Positions 20,105 to 29,747 are shown, counted from the first letter of the stretch. The stretch: DNA of 64,000 nucleotides from Aquirufa sp. (GCA_044349095.1 JBIKRO010000002.1:47211-111210), one strand, 5' to 3'. Translations and numbers: made by a program. The notes: generated by a model from the letters alone, not told the origin.

Positions 20105-20359
20105 TTACTGGGGGATAATTTGGCTAATTTCTTCTACGGATTTGACTTCGGGTACTTCTCTTTTTATCGCTTCTTCCACACCAGCTCTGAATGTCATGGC
20201 CGACATATTACAGGATTTGCAATTGCCAACTAAAGACAATGTTAGCTCATTTTCTTCCGAAATACCTACGATTTCCACATTGCCTCCATCAGCAATCAAA
20301 TAAGGACGAATGGTGTCAAGTGCTGATTGAATTCGTGTATAAAGTGGATGATTTTCCAT
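20105..20359 (-). CDS. NifU/Nfu-type Fe-S cluster assembly protein
   Basis: 84 aa, 'IRPYLIADGGNVEIV' and CxxC in 'GNCKSCNMS'. Confidence 0.85.
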   Translation of the reverse strand: MENHPLYTRIQSALDTIRPYLIADGGNVEIVGISEENELTLSLVGNCKSCNMSAMTFRAGVEEAIKREVPEVKSVEEISQIIPQ

Positions 20360-20362
20360 AGG

Positions 20363-21442
20363 TTAAGCGTTTGATTGTGCGTTACTAATTGCAATTTGTT
20401 GGGCTAAATTGGTAGCAATATGTATAAAAGCATTTGCGCTGAGCCCGTCCGTAGAAGCAATAGGTTTCCCTTCATCACCCGCTTCTCGGATCGCTTGTAT
20501 CAGGGGCACTTCGCCCAAAAATGGCACTTTATATTTTTCAGCTAACATTTTACCTCCGTCTTTGCCAAATAAATAATATTTATTTTCTGGCAATTCTGCG
20601 GGTGTAAAATAAGCCATATTTTCGACTAAACCCAACAATGGAACATTAATTCCCGCTTGGTTGAAAAATTGCAAACCTTTGGTTGCATCTGATAAGGCTA
20701 CTTTTTGAGGCGTGGTTACAATCACAGCTCCTGTTAATTTGATCAATTGGACCAACGTTAAATGTATGTCTGAGGTTCCTGGCGGAAGATCGATCAACAA
20801 GTAATCCAATTCACCCCAATTTGTATCTCCAAAAAACTGGCGTAACGCTTGCGTCATCATAGGACCGCGCCAAGGCACAGGGCTGTCGGAGGGAGCCAAA
20901 AAACCCATTGAAATCATTTTTATCCCATATTGCATGATGGGCTGAATGCGATTCTTGCCATTGATTTCTTCGACCAAAGGCTGCAAATCCTCCGCGCCAA
21001 ACATCACAGGAATAGAAGGTCCTGAAATATCAGCATCCAAAATACCCACTTTAGCCCCTAGATTTTTAAGCGCCATGGCTAAGTTGGCCGTCACCGTCGA
21101 CTTACCCACACCCCCTTTTCCAGAGGCTATAGCAATCACATTTTTAACACCGGGAATTAAAGGATCAGCCGCCGATAAACTAGTTACCTCAGCAGTCATT
21201 TGAATCACAACTTTTAGGTCAGGATGAACTAAAAGGTGTATGGCATCCTCACAATCTTTACGAATTTTTTCTTTTAAGGGACATGCCGGCGTGGTTAAAA
21301 CCACGGTAAATCGAACTTCGCCAACGCCCAACTCGACATCCTTAATCATTCCCAAGGTGACCAAATCTTTTTTCAGGTCAGGTTCTTGGACGGTACTTAA
21401 GGCGCCTATAATCAGTTCTTTACTTACACTTAATTCTCCCAT
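20363..21442 (-). CDS. apbC: Mrp/NBP35 (ApbC) Fe-S cluster carrier ATPase
   Basis: Deviant Walker A 'ASGKGGVGKST', an N-terminal DUF59-like domain with 'TTPACPLK', and a 'DLPPGTSD' switch. Confidence 0.9.
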   Translation of the reverse strand: MGELSVSKELIIGALSTVQEPDLKKDLVTLGMIKDVELGVGEVRFTVVLTTPACPLKEKIRKDCEDAIHLLVHPDLKVVIQMTAEVTSLSAADPLIPGVKNVIAIASGKGGVGKSTVTANLAMALKNLGAKVGILDADISGPSIPVMFGAEDLQPLVEEINGKNRIQPIMQYGIKMISMGFLAPSDSPVPWRGPMMTQALRQFFGDTNWGELDYLLIDLPPGTSDIHLTLVQLIKLTGAVIVTTPQKVALSDATKGLQFFNQAGINVPLLGLVENMAYFTPAELPENKYYLFGKDGGKMLAEKYKVPFLGEVPLIQAIREAGDEGKPIASTDGLSANAFIHIATNLAQQIAISNAQSNA

Positions 21443-21465
21443 GTTCGATTTTAATATTCAAACCT

Positions 21466-21473
21466 CAAATATA
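21466..21473 (-). promoter_or_regulatory. candidate -7 promoter box for the apbC operon (TATATTTG on the minus strand)
   Basis: Exact TAnnTTTG match 24 nt upstream of the apbC ATG, within a 48-nt gap. Confidence 0.35.
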
Positions 21474-21490
21474 CGGGTTTTTACTGTTTT

Positions 21491-22468
21491 TTATGAGCCT
21501 AATGATGCTTTTAATGATAAAATTTCAGCTGCTAATTTTTCGGCTAATTTCGAATAATCGACAGAAGGAAATTGGCTTGATAGCTCCCCTTTTAATTTTT
21601 CTAAATTGGCTATATATAAATGTTTTTTTGTTGGGTGCGGTCGGTGATGCAAGGTGGCAATTATACGTTCCCAAGCAACATCTACCGCTACCAATTCGCT
21701 TGAAAAATAAGTCTCTTTGAATTTTTGCCAAATATAATCCACGGCCATTTCAGTTGGATGAATTAAATCTTTTTCATAAAAACGGTAATCCCTCAGCTCG
21801 TCCATCATGATTTCAAAAGCTGGGAAATAAGTAACTTGGCCCGGAAATTCTTGTGCAATTTCATGGGCTGCCAACCGCAATAAAGCTTTTGAAACAGAAT
21901 TTTCCATCATGCCATCTCGTGTATGCCTTACGGGTGACACGGTCAAGATGATGTGTAATTGGGGATGATTCTTTATAAATGCACGATAGGCCTCTGTGAT
22001 TTCAGAAACCTGATTCATGCGTTTTTCAAATCGCTGACTCGCTTGTTTATGGCAATTTGTGATGGGCCTATTGAGAATATTGTCGTGATAAAAATAGGCG
22101 GTACCGAAGGTCAGTACCAACGTATCTGCTTCGTTCAAAAATGCCTTGGTTTCTTCTTGCTTTAGATGAATCTCGGCCAATAAATCTTCCGGATTTTGAC
22201 TGATGAAATTGGAGTGAAAATCAGGATGTAAATAAAAATCACCTTCAGCATATAAATCGGTAATTTTTAACGGTTCAAACTCCAACGCTTTTAAAATGCG
22301 AATGGGATTAAATTGGGTTCCAAAAGGCTGATTGAGCAATTCCAGTGATAAATCATCCAACCTTTTCCCCATATTTTCCGCAAAACAAGATCCCATACAT
22401 AATACCCGACTATTGGGCGTTAGCTTATGGTTTGCAATGGGAATTGGGAAATCAGTGCTAAGTTTCAA
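21491..22468 (-). CDS. GSCFA family protein
   Basis: Literal 'MGSCFAENMG' motif near the N-terminus and an SGNH-like layout. 325 aa. Confidence 0.8.
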   Translation of the reverse strand: MKLSTDFPIPIANHKLTPNSRVLCMGSCFAENMGKRLDDLSLELLNQPFGTQFNPIRILKALEFEPLKITDLYAEGDFYLHPDFHSNFISQNPEDLLAEIHLKQEETKAFLNEADTLVLTFGTAYFYHDNILNRPITNCHKQASQRFEKRMNQVSEITEAYRAFIKNHPQLHIILTVSPVRHTRDGMMENSVSKALLRLAAHEIAQEFPGQVTYFPAFEIMMDELRDYRFYEKDLIHPTEMAVDYIWQKFKETYFSSELVAVDVAWERIIATLHHRPHPTKKHLYIANLEKLKGELSSQFPSVDYSKLAEKLAAEILSLKASLGS

Positions 22469-22503
22469 GCCTTATATATTAAAGTGAAATGATACCTCGA
22501 GTC

Positions 22504-24273
22504 TTATTTAAGGCCATTAGCCCATTGGTCCATTTTCTTTTCCAAAACCTCTAATGGCATATTTCCATCTTTTAGCAATTCATCATGGAAGTCAGAGAGT
22601 TTAAACTTGGTCCCTAATTGCTTCGTCAGGCGTTCTCTAATTTCTTTGATTTTTAGCGCCCCTATTTTATAACTTAAGGCTTGTGCTGGGATGGCCATAT
22701 ATCTTTCTATTTCAGCGATCGTACCCTCTTCGTTCAGTGGTTCATTGCCCATCATAAATTTAATGGCCTCTTCTCGAGTCATATTTTTGGAGTGCATTCC
22801 GGCATCTACTACTAATCGAATGGCACGGTGCATTTCATCCCCCAATGCACCCATGTACTGATATGGATCTGTATATAAACCCAATTCCTTCCCTAAGCTT
22901 TCGGTGTATAAAGCCCAACCTTCTGCATAGGCTGAATTTCCACCAAAACGCCTAAATTTAGGTAAATCTCCATTTTCTTGTTGCAAACTAATTTGATAAT
23001 GATGTCCAGGAATGGCTTCATGCAAGAAAAGACTTTCCATTCCACTCGTCAGGTTAAACGTTTTTGCATTCGTGATCGGTACATAAAAGATACCGGGTCT
23101 TTTTCCATCTTCAGTGCCGGCAAAATATTCGGCTGAGGCAGAGGCAGCTCGAAAAGCTTCCGTTTGACGTATTTCAAAAGGGGATTTTGGAACACGGCCA
23201 AACATCGTTTTGAGTGCGGGCTCCATTTTTTTATGAATCGTTTCAAAGGCCGCAAGCACTTCTGCTGGATCTTTAAAAGGAGTGAATTTAGGATCAGTTC
23301 TCATGTGTTCAAAAAAGGCTTTTAAATCGCCTTTAAAACCAACGGCATCTTTTGTTTTCTCCATCTCGGCTTTAATTCGCTTGACTTCAGAAAGGCCCGT
23401 TTGGTAAATCTCATCTGCCGATTTATCCGTGGTGGTCATGGTGCGAATTAAATATTGGTAATACGCTTTGCCATTTGGGATGTCGCTGATCCCAGAACTC
23501 AGCCTTCCTTTAGGCAAGTATTCTTCCTTGATGAAAGTAGATAAACGGCTGTAAGCAGGAAGGATAATTTGTTGGATGTTATTAACGTATAATTCAGTAA
23601 ACCTTTTTTTGTCTGCTTCGCTGAAGCTTTTAGGGAAATTTTTAATGGGTCCATAAAAGGTGCTTTCTTTTACGTCTTTGACGTTAAAGGCATCTAGTTG
23701 GGGTATGATTTTTACAATCAATGCCTTAGGCAAAACATGTCCCGCGGCCATTCCTTTTCTGAAATAAACGATGGAACTATCTAAGTATGCGGCCCCTTTA
23801 ACCATTCTTTTTGACCAGTTATCATAATCCTTGACGGTCACAAAGGGTTGGATGACTGAGCCACTTCCCAACTGTGCGAAGGTCAAATGAAAGCCATAAA
23901 ATTGATTTAATGGGATAAAGTTTTCGGGAAAGCTTAGGCCTTCAAGACCCAATTTGACATCTCTTTCAATTAAATCGTAGGTTAATTGGTCATTCGTATT
24001 TAAGCTTTCACGGTCAATTTCTTGAATAGATTTTTGGTATTTCTCTAAGATGCTTTTGACTAAAGCGCGGTGGCTATCAGTGAAGTCAATATTTAATAAG
24101 TCATTGTATCGATTGTCGCCATTAAATGTCGCAGAAAGGGGACTTAATTTTAATTGGTCCTCATAATAATCTGCAATAATTTTGTCAAGCTGTGGGTTTT
24201 TCTGTGCAGCATTTTTCTCTTTTTGGCATGAAAAAAATGAAATTAGGCTTATGAATAGAATTAGTTTTTTCAT
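22504..24273 (-). CDS. DUF885 family lipoprotein (metallopeptidase-like)
   Basis: Lipobox-like 'LISFFSC' and 'FLHEAIPGHHYQ' motif typical of DUF885. 589 aa. Confidence 0.75.
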   Translation of the reverse strand: MKKLILFISLISFFSCQKEKNAAQKNPQLDKIIADYYEDQLKLSPLSATFNGDNRYNDLLNIDFTDSHRALVKSILEKYQKSIQEIDRESLNTNDQLTYDLIERDVKLGLEGLSFPENFIPLNQFYGFHLTFAQLGSGSVIQPFVTVKDYDNWSKRMVKGAAYLDSSIVYFRKGMAAGHVLPKALIVKIIPQLDAFNVKDVKESTFYGPIKNFPKSFSEADKKRFTELYVNNIQQIILPAYSRLSTFIKEEYLPKGRLSSGISDIPNGKAYYQYLIRTMTTTDKSADEIYQTGLSEVKRIKAEMEKTKDAVGFKGDLKAFFEHMRTDPKFTPFKDPAEVLAAFETIHKKMEPALKTMFGRVPKSPFEIRQTEAFRAASASAEYFAGTEDGKRPGIFYVPITNAKTFNLTSGMESLFLHEAIPGHHYQISLQQENGDLPKFRRFGGNSAYAEGWALYTESLGKELGLYTDPYQYMGALGDEMHRAIRLVVDAGMHSKNMTREEAIKFMMGNEPLNEEGTIAEIERYMAIPAQALSYKIGALKIKEIRERLTKQLGTKFKLSDFHDELLKDGNMPLEVLEKKMDQWANGLK

Positions 24274-24445
24274 TTGATGAGTTGATTTATTTGACGTGCA
24301 TTAAATTATTTGAATGGATTTTCAGCGCAATCATTGATGAGGGAATTTTTCCGCTTGGCAATTATTGCATCTCAGTAAAATTAGCAAAATTTTGGGAATC
24401 TGTGTAATTAAAAAGGCCTTCATGTTCATATTTGGACAAATTCAA

Positions 24446-24453
24446 TATATTTG
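24446..24453 (+). promoter_or_regulatory. candidate -7 promoter box (TATATTTG)
   Basis: Exact TAnnTTTG match 40 nt upstream of the ATG at 24493. It overlaps the TTG at 24451, which argues against that upstream start. Confidence 0.35.
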
Positions 24454-24492
24454 TATCTCGCATATTTAGATCCATTTATTAATCAAATTCAT

Positions 24493-27135
24493 ATGTCTGA
24501 AATTGGCGCTGAGCGCGTACGACTTTCATTAAGGAACGATAATAAAGGCTGGAAAAAGTGGGGGCCTTACCTGACTGAGCGTCAGTGGGGAACTGTGCGT
24601 GAGGATTATAGTGCACATGGAAATGCCTGGGGAAGTATTACACATGACATGGCGCGATCGAAGGCGTATCGCTGGGGTGAAGAGGGGATTGGAGGTATTT
24701 CAGATAATAAACAACATGTGTGTTTTGCTTTTTCTTTTTGGAATCATCGAGATCATATTATTAAGGAACGTTTTTTTGGCTTGACTGGAGCGGAATCAAA
24801 TCATGGAGAGGACGTGAAGGAATTGTATTATTACCAAGATGCAACGCCTACACATTCTTATCAAAAGATGTTGTATAAGTATCCCCAACAAACTTTTCCG
24901 TATGAAAAGTTGATAAATGAGAGTAAAAAACGTAGCCGATTAGAACCTGAATACGAACTTTTAGACACAGGCATTTTTGATAAAAACGAATATTTTGACA
25001 TTTCCATGGAATATGCCAAAGGGGATGAGCAAGATATTTTGATTAAAGTGACGGTTGAAAATAGGTCAAAAGTAGACGCACCCATTACGGTTTTGCCCAC
25101 AATTTGGTATCGAAATACATGGTGTTGGGGATATGAAAATTACAAATACAAACCTCTATTAACGGGGGTAGGAAATTCATTTATTGAGGTAGATCACCGA
25201 GTGGTGGGCCGATTTAAATTATATGCGGAGGAAGCGGATGAGTTTTTGTTTTGTGATAATGAAACGAATTTTGAGCGCCTGCATCAATCGCCTAATTTAT
25301 CGCATTTTACCAAAGATGGGATCAATGATTATATTGTCAATAAAAGTAAAAAATCAATCAATCAAAATAATATAGGGACCAAAGCCGCGGCGCGATATAC
25401 AGCGAAAATTCCTGCGGGCGGTAAGAAAATTTTCAGGTTAAGATTAGTCGACCACACGTTAAAAACCCCTTTTGAGGATTTTGATGCTATTTTTGAGACA
25501 AGAATTAAGGAGGCGGACGAATTTTATGATTCGATTCAAAAAGGGGTCGACGACTCTGGATTGAAGTTGCTCCAGCGTCAATCCTATGCTGGAATGTTAT
25601 GGACTAAGCAGTGGTATTATTACAATGTTTTTGAGTGGATTAAGGGAGATCCTGCCATGCCAAAACCGGATGATAGCCGGAAGTTTGGTCGCAATAATGC
25701 ATGGCGGCATTTATATACGGCTAATATTTTGTCGATGCCTGACAAGTGGGAATATCCGTGGTTTGCGGCTTGGGATTTAGCGTTTCATACGATTCCTTTG
25801 GCAAGACTAGACCCTGACTTCGCCAAAAGGCAGTTGGCCGTTATCCTCCGCGAATATTACATGCATCCCAATGGTCAAATTCCGGCCTACGAGTGGTCGT
25901 TTTCGGATGTAAATCCGCCGGTGCACGCTTGGGCTACTTGGAAAGTCTATGAAATAGATAAGGAAATGAATGGCGGAAAGGGCGATATCGTTTTTCTGGA
26001 GCGCATTTTTCATAAACTTTTGTTGAATTTTACTTGGTGGGTCAACTTAAAAGATGCGGGGGGAGATAATGTTTTTGGGGGAGGATTTTTAGGAATGGAC
26101 AATATTGGGGTTTTTGATCGATCAGCTACTTTGCCAACGGGTGGGCATTTAGAACAAGCGGATGGAACGGGATGGATGGCGATGTATAGTCTAAATATGT
26201 TGCGGATTGCTTGTGAAATAGCCATTGAAAATCCGGTGTATCAAGATATGGCTTCTAAGTTTTTTGAACATTTTCTACACATCGCGGGGGCTATGCAATC
26301 CATTGGCGGGGAGAAATTGAATTTATGGGATGAAGATGATCAGTTTTATTATGATATGTTGCATCAAGAAGATGGAAGCGCGATGCTTTTAAAAGTTCGG
26401 TCGATGGTGGGTTTAATTCCATTATTTGCGGTCGAAGTATTGACATCCGATATGCTGGACAAATTGCCTGCATTTAAACGTCGGGTGGAATGGGTATTAA
26501 ACAACCGCCCCGATTTAGCCTCCTTGATATCTCGTTGGTATGAACCCGGAAAAGGTGAAAGTCGCTTGCTTTCAATCTTGAGAGGGCATCGGATGAAAAT
26601 GATTTTGAAGCGTATGTTTGACGAATCGGAGTTTTTATCGGATTTTGGAATTAGGTCTTTGTCAAAATACCATCAGGAGCATCCGTATAAATTTGCGTTT
26701 GACGGAGGCTCTATGCAAGTTGATTATACGCCTGCAGAATCTACGGGGGACATGTTTGGTGGAAATTCAAATTGGCGTGGTCCCATTTGGTTTCCGATGA
26801 ATTATTTAATTTTGGATTCATTGTCCAAGTTTTCGGATTATTATGGAAGTGATTATGAGGTGGAATATCCAACGAATTCAGGCCAAATGATGAACATAAA
26901 AGATGCCGCATCGGGTGTCTCAAAACGTTTATTAGCGATGTTTACACCCGGGAAGGATGGTAAAATTCCGATGTATGGGGAATATGAAAAAATGCAATCT
27001 GATCCAAATTTCAAGGATAAGCATTTGTTTTTTGAGTACTTTGACGGTGATACAGGGAAAGGTTTAGGGGCGAGTCATCAAACGGGTTGGACCGGTTTAA
27101 TTTCAGAAATTATTAGACAATTGTATGGAAAATAA
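24493..27135 (+). CDS. GH63-like (MGH1-like) glucosidase family protein
   Basis: N-terminal 'WKKWGPYLTERQWGTVREDYS...AYRWGEEGIGGISD' and an (alpha/alpha)6-like C-terminal half, as I recall for bacterial GH63-type proteins of about 880 aa. Start placed at the first ATG. Needs HMM confirmation. Confidence 0.65.
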   Translation: MSEIGAERVRLSLRNDNKGWKKWGPYLTERQWGTVREDYSAHGNAWGSITHDMARSKAYRWGEEGIGGISDNKQHVCFAFSFWNHRDHIIKERFFGLTGAESNHGEDVKELYYYQDATPTHSYQKMLYKYPQQTFPYEKLINESKKRSRLEPEYELLDTGIFDKNEYFDISMEYAKGDEQDILIKVTVENRSKVDAPITVLPTIWYRNTWCWGYENYKYKPLLTGVGNSFIEVDHRVVGRFKLYAEEADEFLFCDNETNFERLHQSPNLSHFTKDGINDYIVNKSKKSINQNNIGTKAAARYTAKIPAGGKKIFRLRLVDHTLKTPFEDFDAIFETRIKEADEFYDSIQKGVDDSGLKLLQRQSYAGMLWTKQWYYYNVFEWIKGDPAMPKPDDSRKFGRNNAWRHLYTANILSMPDKWEYPWFAAWDLAFHTIPLARLDPDFAKRQLAVILREYYMHPNGQIPAYEWSFSDVNPPVHAWATWKVYEIDKEMNGGKGDIVFLERIFHKLLLNFTWWVNLKDAGGDNVFGGGFLGMDNIGVFDRSATLPTGGHLEQADGTGWMAMYSLNMLRIACEIAIENPVYQDMASKFFEHFLHIAGAMQSIGGEKLNLWDEDDQFYYDMLHQEDGSAMLLKVRSMVGLIPLFAVEVLTSDMLDKLPAFKRRVEWVLNNRPDLASLISRWYEPGKGESRLLSILRGHRMKMILKRMFDESEFLSDFGIRSLSKYHQEHPYKFAFDGGSMQVDYTPAESTGDMFGGNSNWRGPIWFPMNYLILDSLSKFSDYYGSDYEVEYPTNSGQMMNIKDAASGVSKRLLAMFTPGKDGKIPMYGEYEKMQSDPNFKDKHLFFEYFDGDTGKGLGASHQTGWTGLISEIIRQLYGK

Positions 27136-27610
27136 AAATGAGTTTATGGGAACACCAGAAGAAAATTTCAAGGCATTAGGATTGGATTTACCGCCGGCAC
27201 CTAAACCGATGGGCGTATATAAACCCGGATTAAAAGTAGATCATTTCTATTATGTTTCGGGGCATGGGCCTGTCCTTATTGACGGCTCTTTAATTGTGGG
27301 CCGAGTTGGTGATTCGATGGATATGGAGGAAGGGAAGTTGGCGGCCCAGCAAGTTGGCCTGACGATATTGTCCACCTTAAAATCCCAATTAGGTAGTTTA
27401 GATAAAATCAAGCGGGTTATCAAAGTGTTGGGCATGGTGAATTGCACCGCCGATTTTGAGCGCCATCCTTACGTGATCAACGGTTGCTCCGAGTTATTTG
27501 CTAAAGTATGGGGGGAAGAAAATGGAATTGGTGTGCGCTCGGCGGTTGGCATGGGCACGCTCCCCGGCAATATCCCCGTGGAAATTGAAGTGATTTTTGA
27601 ATTAGCCTAG
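27125..27610 (+). CDS. RidA/YjgF family protein
   Basis: 'YYVSGHGP' and C-terminal 'VRSAVGMGTLPGNIPVEIEVIFEL' signatures. Overlaps the upstream gene by 11 nt. Confidence 0.8.
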   Translation: MENKNEFMGTPEENFKALGLDLPPAPKPMGVYKPGLKVDHFYYVSGHGPVLIDGSLIVGRVGDSMDMEEGKLAAQQVGLTILSTLKSQLGSLDKIKRVIKVLGMVNCTADFERHPYVINGCSELFAKVWGEENGIGVRSAVGMGTLPGNIPVEIEVIFELA

Positions 27611-27617
27611 AAAAATT

Positions 27618-27737
27618 AGGTAATAGGTAAAATTAGGTAACAGGTAATAGGTAAAAAGTAATAGGTGTTAATAATAAGGTATTAGGTAAAATTAGGTAAC
27701 AGGTATTAAGTAATAGGTAATAGGTAAAAAGTAATAG
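27618..27737. repeat. array of AGGTAAT-type heptads (plus-strand orientation) with higher-order duplication
   Basis: Runs of aggtaat/aggtaac/aggtatt/aagtaat units. An identical 23-mer 'taggtaaaattaggtaacaggta' occurs at 27624 and 27683, and an identical 17-mer 'taggtaaaaagtaatag' at 27648 and 27721. Confidence 0.85.
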
Positions 27738-27846
27738 TTGGATTTTAAAAGATTTTAAAGCTGAATCTATAACAGTTGGCTTAGCTTAAAACCAGATATC
27801 TAATGATGAAAAAAAAATAAGTTTGAGGCTTACTCAAAACTAACTT

Positions 27847-27913
27847 TTACCTATAACTTAATACTTATTACCTATTACTTAATACCTGTTACCTCTTACC
27901 TGAAAATACCTAT
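27847..27913. repeat. array of the same heptads in inverted orientation (ATTACCT-type)
   Basis: 27866-27894 'tattacctattacttaatacctgttacct' is the exact reverse complement of 27694-27722. The last unit overlaps the nadA stop codon. Confidence 0.85.
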
Positions 27914-28896
27914 TTGGATATCTCCAGCATAGCCTTTAGCGCTTTATAAGCAGGCACTCTCACTTTTTCCGATAGGTGAATTTCGGGCAATTCATAATAA
28001 AGTGCGTTATACAATTTCTCCAAGGTGTTCATTTTCATGTAAGGACATTCAGCACATGCACACGTATTTTGCTCGTTGGCCGGCGCGGGAATCAAATGTT
28101 TAAATGGAACCGCTTGTTTCATTTTATGTAGTATGCCCGCTTCGGTGGCCACAATAAAAGTGGAATTTGGGGAGGTTTCTACGAACTTCAACAAGGCCGT
28201 TGTCGACCCTACGTAATCAGCTTCTTTTAAAATAACTTCTTTACATTCTGGGTGAGCGATCAACAAAGCATCTGGGAATTCTTTCTTTAATTTGGCCAGT
28301 TTTTCAAGTGATATATCGATGTGAACCATGCAAGCACCTTCCCAAAGAATTAGGTCACGTCCTGTTTTATGGGCCACATATCGACCCAAGTTAGCATCAG
28401 GGGCAAAGATAATTTCTTGGTCTGAAGGAATAGATTCGACGATTTGGACTGCATTGGATGAAGTACAAATGATATCCGTCATCGCTTTGATGTCGGCTGA
28501 GCAATTGATGTATGAAACGACTACTGCCTTTGGATTCGCTGCTTTTAAGGCGGCAAATTCCTCCACAGGAACAGAGTCTGCCAATGAGCAACCGGCATTA
28601 AAATCGGGTACAATGACTTTTTTGGTTGGGTTCAGGATTTTGGCTGTTTCACCCATGAAGTGAACGCCACAAAAAATAATTAAATCTGCTTCTGTATTTT
28701 CAGCAGCTTGGGAAAGGCCCAAAGAATCGCCCACGTAATCAGCCAGTTCTTGAATGGCCCCATCTACATAGTAATGAGCTAGAATGACTGCATTTTTTTC
28801 CTTTTTTAATGCTTTGATCGCGTCAATAAGTTCTTGGCCTTTTGGGGTTGAACGTGCGATATAGCCTACTTGATTTGCTTCGTCAATTAAATTCAT
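27910..28896 (-). CDS. nadA: quinolinate synthase
   Basis: 'ILAHYYVDGAIQELADYVGDS', 'FCGVHFMGETAKI' and Cys ligands including 'CACAECPYMK'. 328 aa. Confidence 0.95.
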   Translation of the reverse strand: MNLIDEANQVGYIARSTPKGQELIDAIKALKKEKNAVILAHYYVDGAIQELADYVGDSLGLSQAAENTEADLIIFCGVHFMGETAKILNPTKKVIVPDFNAGCSLADSVPVEEFAALKAANPKAVVVSYINCSADIKAMTDIICTSSNAVQIVESIPSDQEIIFAPDANLGRYVAHKTGRDLILWEGACMVHIDISLEKLAKLKKEFPDALLIAHPECKEVILKEADYVGSTTALLKFVETSPNSTFIVATEAGILHKMKQAVPFKHLIPAPANEQNTCACAECPYMKMNTLEKLYNALYYELPEIHLSEKVRVPAYKALKAMLEISK

Positions 28897-29747
28897 TTTG
28901 CTTTTAAGCTTAAGTCTAAACTTTTAATATGATGCGTTAATGCACCCACTGAAATAAAATCAACCCCCGTTTCGGCATAAGCGCGAAGGGTCGTTTCATT
29001 GATTCCTCCCGATGCTTCGGTGATGAAGCGACCATTAATTTTTCTGATGGCATCTCTGAGTTTTTCAGGACTGAAATTATCCAACATAATGCGTTGGACC
29101 CCGCCGATTTCCAATACTTCATCTAATTCCTTTTCGTTTCTTACTTCTATTTCGATGGCTAATTTAGCGTCACGCGAGAGGTTATAGGCAAATGCTTTTT
29201 CTAAAGCGGCTGATATTCCTCCGGCAAAGTCTACATGATTGTCTTTTATCAATATCATATCAAATAGGCCGTATCGATGGTTTGTAGCTCCTCCTATTTT
29301 ACAGGCCCATTTTTCAGCTAACCGGAAATTGGGTGTCGTTTTTCGAGTATCGAGTAATTTGGCTTTCGTCCCATGAATAATTTGAACCAATGACCTCGTG
29401 TAAGTGGCAATTCCAGACATGCGTTGCATGCAGTTTAAGACTAAACGCTCCGCTTTCAGGATGGATTGTGATAGACCGTTAACTTCTAACACGATCATAC
29501 CTGGTTCGATCCAGTCGCCATCTTGTTTGAAAAGCGTAAGGTTTAAGTTGGGGTCAACGTAATTGAAAATGGCTTTAGCTAATTCCACACCGGCAAGGAC
29601 TCCCGTATCTTTGACTAATAGAGAAGCAGAACCCGTGGCAGAGGCAGGCACAGTCGCTAATGAAGTATGATCTCCATCTCCTAAATCCTCATGCAAAGCT
29701 TCTTTTATAAAGTGCTGAATATACTCAGGTGCTTGATATTCGAACAT
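28893..29747 (-). CDS. nadC: nicotinate-nucleotide diphosphorylase (carboxylating)
   Basis: 'DTRKTTPNFRLAEKWA', 'GGATNHRYGLFDMILIKDNH' and 'IMLDNF' signatures. ATGA overlap with nadA. Confidence 0.95.
   Translation of the reverse strand: MFEYQAPEYIQHFIKEALHEDLGDGDHTSLATVPASATGSASLLVKDTGVLAGVELAKAIFNYVDPNLNLTLFKQDGDWIEPGMIVLEVNGLSQSILKAERLVLNCMQRMSGIATYTRSLVQIIHGTKAKLLDTRKTTPNFRLAEKWACKIGGATNHRYGLFDMILIKDNHVDFAGGISAALEKAFAYNLSRDAKLAIEIEVRNEKELDEVLEIGGVQRIMLDNFSPEKLRDAIRKINGRFITEASGGINETTLRAYAETGVDFISVGALTHHIKSLDLSLKAK

Noticed and set aside
24451-24492. Upstream TTG start extending the GH63-like ORF ('MYLAYLDPFINQIH')
   Set aside because: The TTG lies inside the TATATTTG -7 box at 24446-24453. 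The first ATG (24493) begins the conserved-looking N-terminus.
27611-27913. Possible CRISPR array or intron boundary, because of the many regularly spaced short repeats and AGGTAA (splice-donor-like) words
   Set aside because: The units are 7-nt tandem heptads with no unique spacers of CRISPR size. They occur in both orientations, and no cas gene, reverse transcriptase or intron-type structure is nearby. In a bacterial intergenic region the AGGTAA word has no splice meaning.
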